Shown piece by piece: positions 52,452-60,645 of a stretch of 64,000 nucleotides of DNA. The notes under the pieces are model-generated. The model searched no databases. It had not been told where the DNA came from and was given only the letters and a program-made list of their open reading frames with translations. The stretch covers positions 96,001-160,000 of the forward strand of contig CAWEWF010000001.1 of the NCBI GenBank assembly GCA_963812605.1, given 5' to 3'. Positions within the stretch are counted from its first letter, which is position 1; each line of letters opens with the position of its first letter. The position numbers and the translations under genes were made by a program. This DNA comes from an uncultured Verrucomicrobiae bacterium. Its GTDB lineage: Bacteria; Verrucomicrobiota; Verrucomicrobiia; Palsa-1439.

Positions 52452-55400
52452 TTAAGAATTGGATGATACTCCATTTCGGTCGCATCCATCAACGCAAACA
52501 CGGTCAAGTTGTTGGGATGCTCGCTGGTGATTGCCCAACGCGCGACGCAGTACATCGGCTCGTCCCGGTGGCAGTCCCGCGAACGCCTCGCAGATTTGGA
52601 GAATGTGCTCTTCGTACACAACCATTCCGTAGGTGCTTTTCAAGCATCCCGATAATGACGGATGCGGGTAGATGGTTGACTCCAACCCCTGATAACGACG
52701 CGTGAAGTGTTGTTTCTTGTTTTCGTTCGCGGCACCGGGACGAATCACGCTGACGATAGCGATCAGCCCGTCGATCTGGTGCACATTGCACATCCGGCAC
52801 AATGAGAGCATCGCAGGACTCTCGATGTGATGCACAGCCCGTGCGCCACCGTCCGCGATCATCTCCCACACGGCTTGATCCTCCCACGGCTCAAGACCGC
52901 TAAGGTCAACGGCGATCCCCCGCGAGGCCAGCGACTGTCGGGTGTCTCGCATCGCGGCCAGTCCGCCCTGCGCAAGGATGTCGATCTTGACCAACCCGAT
53001 TGATTCGACCGCATCCATATCGAAATGCGTGGTCGGGTAGCCTTTGTTCGACTCGAAGCACGGCACCAGGTCGGTCATCGGGACACTCGACAGCACGAGG
53101 CCGCACGGGTGCATTTTTGGATAACGCGGGAATCCGTCGAGAAACTGCGCCATCTGCAACGCGGACTTGTAAGGTTCCTCGTTGACTGGCAGATCCCGGA
53201 CCTCCTGTGTTTGTGCGACAGCCTCGACGAGATCGCGGGCCGATGCGTTCGGAATCTTTTCAGTAAATCGTCGCACTTGGTATTCTGATACCCCAAGCAC
53301 TTTGGCGACCTCCGCGAAGGCGCTACGGGCTTGAAAAGTTGAGAGGCCACCAACAACAGCCGTGTGGGCTGTCCCATAACGCTCGAAGATCAGGTCAACG
53401 ACATCATCCTTCCGGTCATGAGCGAAATCCAAGTCGATGTCCGGCAACTTGTTCAGCGCCATCCGATCCTTGTTGAGGAAGCGGCGGAAGTAGAGATCGA
53501 AGCGGATTGGGCAGACATCGCTGATCCGGAGGCAATAGCAGACGAGCGAGTCGGCAGCGCTACCACGAGTGATCCATTCGATGCCGCGTCGTCGGCACTC
53601 CTGCAGGAAGTCCCAGACGACAAGGAAATACTCCTCGTAGCCGACCTCGGCGATGATAGTCAGCTCCTCCTCGAGCTGTGACAACACCTGGCCTTCGCGG
53701 TGCGGGTACCGTTGCCGCAGCCCGTCCAGGACCAACTTCCGCAGAAACAACCGCGGTGTCGATCCATCCGGCGGTTTGAACGAAGGGAAGTGCAGTTGTC
53801 CGAAATCGAAATCAAAGGAACAGCGCTCAGCGATTTCGGTGGTTCGGGCCAGCACATCGTCGCGACCGCAGTAGACCTCGCGCACCTCGGCTGCCGTAAG
53901 GAAATGAAAGTCACCGTCGAGGCGCTTATCGGGATGCGCCTGCCGCAGCAGCGTCAGTGTGCGGACGCTCTGCACGACATCATATTTCCAGCGGTCTGCC
54001 GGCTCGGCATGGTGGATCGCGGGTAACGCGACATCAGCCGCGTTGTAGAATCGTTGCGGGAAATGACGCTCAAGTAATTTATCCTGACTGACTGCGATTA
54101 AGCCGGCTGTGTCGTGCTCCAGAAGCGTCTCAGGGCGAGTCAGAATCCGGCACAGATTCCGGTATCCCGTCGTGTTCTGGACAAAGAGCAGTAATGGCAA
54201 GCGACCTCTACGAATCTCCGCACCAATGATCGGCCTGATGGCCGCCGCCTTTGCGGCGGTTGCGAACTCGACGGCCCCGTGCAGATTGTCGGTATCGGTA
54301 ATGGCGACGGCGGGGAGATGCCGGTGGACGGCGAGATCGACGATGGCCTGGATGGACAAGGTCGAATTCAGGAAGGAATAGTAACTGTGGACATTCAGGG
54401 GGACGTATTGGGTCGTGGTTGGACGAGGACCGGTTCGTTTGGCTGCAACTGAAGAAACCGTCTGTGGCTGCTTCAATTGGCGCTTGAGTAGCAAATCATG
54501 GCCGCGCATTACAACCGAACGCCCGTGACTACCGCGAAGTTCATCGATCACCCGCGATAAGTGACGACGTGCCTCGTGTTGCTGGGTGTCCGTATCCAGC
54601 GGTAGTTCTGTGCGAACGAAGCCCTCATAGAGATTCGAGAACTTCAACGATACCAGCCGCAAGCTGACGCGCCGCTTCCACGCCTGCCTGAGCATGGGTC
54701 GAAATCGCGAATAAAGGTCCGTTTCAAGATCCGTGGGTTCCGCAAGGCTTTCACTGCGCTGATCCTCGGCCATGTCGTTGTAGCGCACTTTGACTGTCAC
54801 TGTCCGGACGCTCATGCCATCTTCGCGTACCTTGGCCATGAGCCCATCTGCCATCCGTCGGAGCGTCGCCTCGATGAACTCCTCGTTCGTCGTGTCCTCG
54901 GCAAAAGTCTCCTGTTGGCCGTAGGACTTGGCAGGTGCGGCTTCGCGTATGACGGGCCGATCGTCGCGCCCATTGGCGAATTCTCTGATTTGCAGGGCCC
55001 CACGACCAAGGAGCATCGCCAGCAAATCGACCGGCGTGGCGGCGATTTGTCCGACGCGCGCCAGACCAGCGGTGTTCAGTCGCTCAGCAGTCTTCGGTCC
55101 GATGCCCGGTAGCCAGCGATTGGCTAGTGGATGCAAGAAGTTTATCTCATGTCCGCGTGGGACCATCGTGAACGCGGCCGGCTTGTTTAGCTTCGACGCG
55201 ATCTGGCTGATCAATTTGTTGCTGCCGATACCTTCGCTGACAGTAATCTTGAGGGATTGATGTATAGCAGTTCGGAGCGTCTGCGCAATGTCGGTGGGGG
55301 ATTTCCTCGCGCCGGTCAAGTCGAGGTAGCCCTCATCAATTGAGCCGACTTCGACATCGGGCGTGAAGTCGTGAGCGTATGAAAACATCCAGCGGGAGAA

Positions 55401-55643
55401 CCGTTCGTACTTGTCGTAATCGCCGGGGAGGACGATCAACCTCGGACACAATCTGCGGGCGCGCACTGTCGGCATTGGGGTGAAAACTCCGAATTTCCGC
55501 GCTTCGTAGGATGCTGAAGCGATGATGCCGCGTTTTTCCCCGCCGACCGCGATGGCCTTACCACGCAGACGAGAATCGGAGGCTTGCTCCACCGACGCGA
55601 AAAAAGCATCGGCATCGAGATGGACGATGGCTCGGGATGACAT
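52452..55643 (-). CDS. DinB (Pol IV, Y family)-DnaE (C family, DnaE2-like) fusion polymerase, 3' truncated
   Basis: N-terminal HLDADAFFASVE, ASYEAR, SIDEGYLD, KLNKP and little finger; then PHP HSYYSF/AITD, RGSAADS, PDIDLDF, GLVKIDIL, RPG; homology ends at ADVLRRALG. Confidence 0.85.
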   Translation of the reverse strand: MSSRAIVHLDADAFFASVEQASDSRLRGKAIAVGGEKRGIIASASYEARKFGVFTPMPTVRARRLCPRLIVLPGDYDKYERFSRWMFSYAHDFTPDVEVGSIDEGYLDLTGARKSPTDIAQTLRTAIHQSLKITVSEGIGSNKLISQIASKLNKPAAFTMVPRGHEINFLHPLANRWLPGIGPKTAERLNTAGLARVGQIAATPVDLLAMLLGRGALQIREFANGRDDRPVIREAAPAKSYGQQETFAEDTTNEEFIEATLRRMADGLMAKVREDGMSVRTVTVKVRYNDMAEDQRSESLAEPTDLETDLYSRFRPMLRQAWKRRVSLRLVSLKFSNLYEGFVRTELPLDTDTQQHEARRHLSRVIDELRGSHGRSVVMRGHDLLLKRQLKQPQTVSSVAAKRTGPRPTTTQYVPLNVHSYYSFLNSTLSIQAIVDLAVHRHLPAVAITDTDNLHGAVEFATAAKAAAIRPIIGAEIRRGRLPLLLFVQNTTGYRNLCRILTRPETLLEHDTAGLIAVSQDKLLERHFPQRFYNAADVALPAIHHAEPADRWKYDVVQSVRTLTLLRQAHPDKRLDGDFHFLTAAEVREVYCGRDDVLARTTEIAERCSFDFDFGQLHFPSFKPPDGSTPRLFLRKLVLDGLRQRYPHREGQVLSQLEEELTIIAEVGYEEYFLVVWDFLQECRRRGIEWITRGSAADSLVCYCLRISDVCPIRFDLYFRRFLNKDRMALNKLPDIDLDFAHDRKDDVVDLIFERYGTAHTAVVGGLSTFQARSAFAEVAKVLGVSEYQVRRFTEKIPNASARDLVEAVAQTQEVRDLPVNEEPYKSALQMAQFLDGFPRYPKMHPCGLVLSSVPMTDLVPCFESNKGYPTTHFDMDAVESIGLVKIDILAQGGLAAMRDTRQSLASRGIAVDLSGLEPWEDQAVWEMIADGGARAVHHIESPAMLSLCRMCNVHQIDGLIAIVSVIRPGAANENKKQHFTRRYQGLESTIYPHPSLSGCLKSTYGMVVYEEHILQICEAFAGLPPGRADVLRRALGNHQRASQQLDRVCVDGCDRNGVSSNS

Positions 55644-55742
55644 CTGCCTCCAGTCCGCCTCCTTCGTCGTCCCCGTTCTCGGGATGTTGTGGGCCGGTTA
55701 AGGCAAGGAGGTAGGACCGACAACGAGGACGACGGTGAAGGC
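55644..55742 (-). promoter_or_regulatory. Structured intercistronic leader of the fusion polymerase
   Basis: 12-bp stem GTCGTCCTCGTT/AACGGGGACGAC enclosing ACCTCCTT, which is complementary to the downstream AAGGAGG/GGAGG. Confidence 0.4.
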
Positions 55743-55749
55743 AAATTGA

Positions 55750-56367
55750 TTATTTTCGTTTGCGCATCAAGGCCACCATCACCCCTTGGATGACCAGTTC
55801 AGTCGCGGGAATCAATTTGGGGTATTTGGGGTTCTCGGCTTTCAAGTACGGCTTCCCGCGTTCCGTGAGGAAAGTCTTCAAGGTGCTTTCGTTGTCAATC
55901 AGTGCCGCAACCGTGTCCCCGGGGCGGGGCTCTAAACCATGTTCGAAGACCGCTACATCCCCGTCGACAATGTATTTACCGATCATCGAATCGCCCCGGA
56001 CGCGGAGGGCAAAGGTGCGGGCCGTTGGACGGATGCCTAAAGTCGCGACATCGACGCTGACGCAACCCTCCGCCTCTTGCTTCTGTTCCTCGGCGAAGCC
56101 GGCAGGAATCGATCCGAAAAGGGGAATGTCAACGACTTGGCTACGAAGTTTGTCCAGCGGGGACACAAGATGCAAAGAACGGTCGCGTCCAGGAAGGCGT
56201 TTAAGTTCGCCCTTAGAGATCAATACCCGGATATGGTCTACGGCTGCGGTGACGCTGCGGAAACGGAAATGTCGCGCAATCTCCCGCAGGCTCGGGGTTT
56301 CCCCTGTCGTCTTGTGATGGAAACGGATAAACGCTAGCACCTGTTTTTGACGCTTGGTTAATTCCAT
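55750..56367 (-). CDS. lexA: LexA-family repressor
   Basis: LTKRQKQVL, PSLREIA, Ala-Gly cleavage site IPAGF, VRGDSM (Ser), TLK (Lys). Confidence 0.93.
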   Translation of the reverse strand: MELTKRQKQVLAFIRFHHKTTGETPSLREIARHFRFRSVTAAVDHIRVLISKGELKRLPGRDRSLHLVSPLDKLRSQVVDIPLFGSIPAGFAEEQKQEAEGCVSVDVATLGIRPTARTFALRVRGDSMIGKYIVDGDVAVFEHGLEPRPGDTVAALIDNESTLKTFLTERGKPYLKAENPKYPKLIPATELVIQGVMVALMRKRK

Positions 56368-56403
56368 ACTGTACACTGTACAGTTATCCGATTAGGGTGT
56401 CAA
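56368..56403 (-). promoter_or_regulatory. Leaderless sigma-70 promoter of lexA overlapped by a palindromic operator
   Basis: TTGACA-17 nt-TACAGT-7 nt-ATG; ACTGTACA-G-TGTACAGT (56368-56384) covers the -10 element and +1. Confidence 0.7.
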
Positions 56404-56442
56404 TAGGCTCGAATGGACTGAGGCAATTAGTAAAATGGTTGT

Positions 56443-57201
56443 ATGACCGGTAGAGAAACATCAGCGCACGCCACGCTCAAGAAACTGGCCCTGAATTGGG
56501 CGCAACGGCAAGGGTACCCCATCTGCGGACACGAGATCCGTCTCCCCCACTCCAACTACAGCGCCGATGTTGTGGCATACAGGCCAGCGACCGAGCGTCT
56601 CCCGCTGTCTGGGAACGGAAAGACACCGTCCCGGTTGGTTCGCCAACCGGTTGTGGGAGCTACTGCGGTATTCGAGTGCAAACAAGCGAGAGCTGATTTC
56701 CTGAAGGACTCGCACAACACTGCCGAGACAGCGCGACGGTTGCAGGCGTTCGACGAACGACGGCGGACGTTGGAGCGATTGTTGGGGATGCACCAGCCTT
56801 CCTTGCGGAAGGGCGAGTCGCTGTTTGCCGAATACGACGCCATCGACATTTCCAATTTCGAGCATAAGACCTACCGTAAGGTGGTTCGGGAGATCTCGAT
56901 TCTGCAGGCTCGACTCTATGGCAAGACCAAGTTCGACAAAGTTGCACGGTACAAGTGTGCGAACCTTTGCTACCTGGTGGTCGAGGAGGGAATCCTCCAG
57001 GTTCACGAAGTACCGTTGGATTGGGGTTTGCTGGTTCGGCGGGACGAAGAACTGCTGTTGAAGAGAATGCCGGTGTGGCAGGATGTGCCAGTCCCGACAC
57101 GATTGGAACTGCTGCAGCGAATCGCGCATACCGCAACACGGCGTCTGAATCGGGTCTCGGGCCAGTCAGACGAAAATTCAGTGGACGAGTTGTCTGCTTG
57201 A
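56443..57201 (+). CDS. MmcB-like PD-(D/E)xK nuclease-fold protein
   Basis: EIRL...ADVVAY...FECKQARADFLKD...CYLVV...EVPLDWGLL; divergent from lexA. Confidence 0.6.
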   Translation: MTGRETSAHATLKKLALNWAQRQGYPICGHEIRLPHSNYSADVVAYRPATERLPLSGNGKTPSRLVRQPVVGATAVFECKQARADFLKDSHNTAETARRLQAFDERRRTLERLLGMHQPSLRKGESLFAEYDAIDISNFEHKTYRKVVREISILQARLYGKTKFDKVARYKCANLCYLVVEEGILQVHEVPLDWGLLVRRDEELLLKRMPVWQDVPVPTRLELLQRIAHTATRRLNRVSGQSDENSVDELSA

Positions 57202-57401
57202 AATTCGTCGTTGGTAGGACTACACCCTCAAAATATCGGAGCACCTGTCTCGGTTGTGGGAAAAACTACACGGACACAGTGGCGTGGTTTGCCGAACACT
57301 GGCGGAGTTGTTCTGCTTGCGGGGCGGTAATTGACCTCAGACCGCTATTGGCGCAGATCGAGGAGATGAGACGGCCATTCGTGAAAGCGGATTCAGGCTA
57401 G
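57198..57401 (+). CDS. Small Zn-ribbon protein
   Basis: CLGC...CSAC; TTG start overlaps the upstream TGA. Confidence 0.45.
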   Translation: MKFVVGRTTPSKYRSTCLGCGKNYTDTVAWFAEHWRSCSACGAVIDLRPLLAQIEEMRRPFVKADSG

Positions 57402-57644
57402 GGGGCTTTGCGCTTCTTCTTCGGCGGCGGTTTGCCCTTGAGAATCTTATGGGTAATCTTGCCGCTAGAGTGGACAGTCGCTTCAACCCAGACCTTTTTC
57501 AGCTTCGGCTTGATAGGCGCTATCATCCCTCCGATTTACCCCTACGGGGCGGAGCCGTCAAGACCGGCAAAGAATTTCAAATTACGACACTACCCGCTTC
57601 TTTGATGGCTTGAATTAATTCGTTGCTGGGACAAAACTGGATGC

Positions 57645-58319
57645 ATGTGCGGCCGCTACACGCTGTCAACCGATCTCAAAATAATCGCCAAGCGTTTCGC
57701 TGCGACGGTCGCAGACGAGATTCCATCGGTTGTGCAACGTTACAACATCGCACCCACGCAAAAAGTGATTGTGGTTAGCGACGGCGGTCAGCGTGTCATT
57801 AAACAGATGCGCTGGGGACTGATTCCGTCCTGGGCCAAAGACGCCAGCATCGGCAACCGGATGATTAACGCACGAGCCGAGACTCTCGCCGAGAAGCCCG
57901 CGTTTCGCGCCGCGCTGAAAAAACGCCGTTGCATCATTCCGGCGGACGGATTCTACGAGTGGCAGAAACTTGGCGAGGGGAAGCAGCCCCTTCGCATCGT
58001 TCTGAAGAGCCGGGAGCCGTTCGGATTCGCCGGGTTGTGGGAGCACTGGAAGTCGCCAGAAGGTGAGGAGGTCCTGAGTTGCACTATCATCACGACAGCA
58101 GCAAACGAGCTACTAAAAGCCGTTCATGAGCGGATGCCGGTGATTTTGACGCGGGACGCTGAGGCCGCGTGGCTCGACCCGAAGACACAAGACCCTGAGA
58201 GGTTGCTGCCACTGCTGAGGCAGTATCCAGCCGAAGAAATGGAGTTTTACAAGGTGTCCCGTGATGTAAATTCGCCAGCCATTGACGAAGCGAGCAACAT
58301 CGAGCCGCTTGCGGAGTGA
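57645..58319 (+). CDS. SRAP family protein (YedK/HMCES abasic-site protector)
   Basis: MCGRY, RYNIAPTQ, WGLIP, INARAET, GFYEW, HERMPVIL. Confidence 0.96.
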   Translation: MCGRYTLSTDLKIIAKRFAATVADEIPSVVQRYNIAPTQKVIVVSDGGQRVIKQMRWGLIPSWAKDASIGNRMINARAETLAEKPAFRAALKKRRCIIPADGFYEWQKLGEGKQPLRIVLKSREPFGFAGLWEHWKSPEGEEVLSCTIITTAANELLKAVHERMPVILTRDAEAAWLDPKTQDPERLLPLLRQYPAEEMEFYKVSRDVNSPAIDEASNIEPLAE

Positions 58320-58361
58320 GGATGAGCCTGCAAACGACAACAGGGAGCAGAGCAGACGTGG

Positions 58362-59814
58362 CTACAACGCTTCCGCCGCCCGCGCAACGCCGCGCAGCAT
58401 CCCCCCAAATACCAGCTGGTGCAAAGGCCAGACGCCGTACCAATATGCCAGTCCCCACAGCCCCACCGGATCAAAAATCGCCGTCTGTCGGATGACCGCA
58501 CCTTTCTCCGCTGATTCGACCACGAACTCCAGCCAGGCGCGGCCCGGCAACTTCATTTCGGCAGACAACAGTAATCGTTTGTTCGGCTCCACCACCTCCA
58601 CCCGCCAACAGTCCACGGTATCGCCGACACGGAACTTCTCTGGATCGCGCCGCCCGCGCCGCATGCCGACGCCGCCCAACACCAAGTCCATCCAGCCCCG
58701 CAACCTCCACAACCAATTGGCATAGTACCAACCGGTCCGCCCACCAATGCGATAAATCGGGGCAAAAGCCAATTCGGGCTTCACTGGCACCCGCATTGAG
58801 CGCACGTCTACCAGCCGGTTCCCAAACCGCACACCGCCCCAGACCCGACCCGTGCCCGAGGCCGACAGCGCATCCGTCCACCGGGTTTGCGCGCTATCGT
58901 GGTCCTCGTTGCGCAATGCCCGCGCAATCGCCTCCGTCATGCCGACCGGCTCAATTGTAAACGCGTGCCGCGCCGTGCCATCTCGCACCACCGTCGGATG
59001 GCGGATGCTGTCAATCAACTTCCGTCCTACCCGCGCATACAACGGCGTCACCAACCCAAGCCACAAGCTCGACAGCCGCGGTGTCAACACCGGCACGGGG
59101 ATCATCCATCGCCGCAGCCCGCGCTGCCGGGCATACTCGCGCATCAGATCGGCGTACGACACCACATCCGGCCCGCCCACTTCGAATGTCGCGGAACCCG
59201 TGTTCGGCAACTCCAGCGCCGCCAACAGATAGGCGAGCATATCATTGATCGCAATCGGCTGGGCCAGCACGCGCACCCACCGGGGTGTCACCATGATCGG
59301 CAGCCGTTCCACCAATGCACGAATCATCTCGAAGGACAGACTGCCAGACCCGATAATGATCGAAGCGCGAAACTCGATCACTGGCACTCCGGCGGCGCGC
59401 AGGATTTCACCAACCTCATGCCCGACTGCGCAGATGCGGCGACAGATCGCTGGCATCCTCGCCCAAACCACCGAGGTAAATGATTCGCCCCACCCCGGCG
59501 GACTTCGCCGCCGCCGCGAAATTCTGTGCAGCCCGCCGGTCTTGTTCCTCGAAGTTGCCCGCCGAGCCCATCGAATGGACGAGATAATACGCAACCGCCA
59601 CACCTTCCAAAACGGGGCGTATGGACTGGGCGGTGACCAGATCACCGGCAACCACTTCCACGGCGACTGGCACGCGTTTACGCAGGTGTTCCGGTTGCCG
59701 CGCTAGGCAGCGGACCCGGCACCCAGACTTCGTGAGTTCCGCCAGCAACCGGCCCCCAACGTAACCGGTGGCACCGGTCAGCAAAACGAGTTTTGGTTGG
59801 ATGTCAGGCGACAT
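58362..59814 (-). CDS. SDR/NAD(P)-binding protein with C-terminal DUF2867-like domain (YbjT-like; frameshift near 59420)
   Basis: TGATGYVG, YYLVHSM, RASIIIGSGS, AEMKLPGRAWLEF, GLAYWY. Confidence 0.88.
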
Positions 59815-59925
59815 TGGACAATTACGATACCATATATCGAGAGTTTGCTATCGTCGCCAGATTCCGCTTTCCCGTGGCATATTCGTGGCGCAGATGTACT
59901 GAACGACAGCATGTCAGCCAAGATT

Positions 59926-60645
59926 CTATACAGTCAGATGGTGCAGGTCACTACCCATGGCCCGCTGGCGTTCTTGCTGGATGACACGCTGCTGACTAGA
60001 CCACAGATCTTCAAATGCACGCTGCAATTGCTCCTTACTTTCGCCATGTTCGGCGATTACCGCCAGGAGCTTTTTATTGGTCGTCTGAAGTTGCTGGGTT
60101 CGGTCACCGACGATTCGTTCCAGATTTTCCATTTGGTTCCTCACTTGGCGAAGCAGACGCCACTTCTCTGTCAGCGCAGTTGCCAGTTGCAGGATTTCCA
60201 CCGTGTCAAACGGCTTCTTGAGAAACAGCAAATGGTCCGAGTTTCCGAGCTTGCCAATGATTTCGTCCCACGAATAATCCGAGTATGCTGTGCAGATTAC
60301 CACTTGTAGATCGGCATCGGCTTCCCAGAGCTTCTGCGTCGTCTCAATTCCGTCCCAACCGGGAGGCATCCTCACGTCCACAATCGCCATCGCGTATGGC
60401 CGTCCGGTTTGAAGGGCCTGCCGCAACTGCCCCAAACCTTCCTCGCCTTGGTAGGCGGAGTCGATCTCGAAGACCGCGGACTTGCGGACACTGACTGGTT
60501 TGTCGAACAGCTTGGCCTCCGATTCCTCCAATGCCGTTGCGTAGACATTGGAGGGGCACAGGATTTTTCGGAAATCTTCGTGAATCGCGCGATTGTCGTC
60601 GATCACCAGAATTCGGTAGTTTTTGGTAGCATCATCATTGTTCAT
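59926..60645 (-). CDS. Response regulator receiver protein, probably a truncated hybrid kinase
   Basis: ILVIDDN, DVRMPPGWDG, CTAYSD, KKPF; coiled coil ends ...QQERQRAMG just before an expected H-box. Confidence 0.8.
   Translation of the reverse strand: MNNDDATKNYRILVIDDNRAIHEDFRKILCPSNVYATALEESEAKLFDKPVSVRKSAVFEIDSAYQGEEGLGQLRQALQTGRPYAMAIVDVRMPPGWDGIETTQKLWEADADLQVVICTAYSDYSWDEIIGKLGNSDHLLFLKKPFDTVEILQLATALTEKWRLLRQVRNQMENLERIVGDRTQQLQTTNKKLLAVIAEHGESKEQLQRAFEDLWSSQQRVIQQERQRAMGSDLHHLTV

Larger units (their letters stand above)
41498..58319. mobile_element. tRNA-associated integrative island (defence and mutagenesis cargo); right boundary not located
   Basis: Integrase abutting the tRNA, excisionase, Type I R-M, HEPN genes, SOS module; no second att copy seen by eye. 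Confidence 0.7.
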
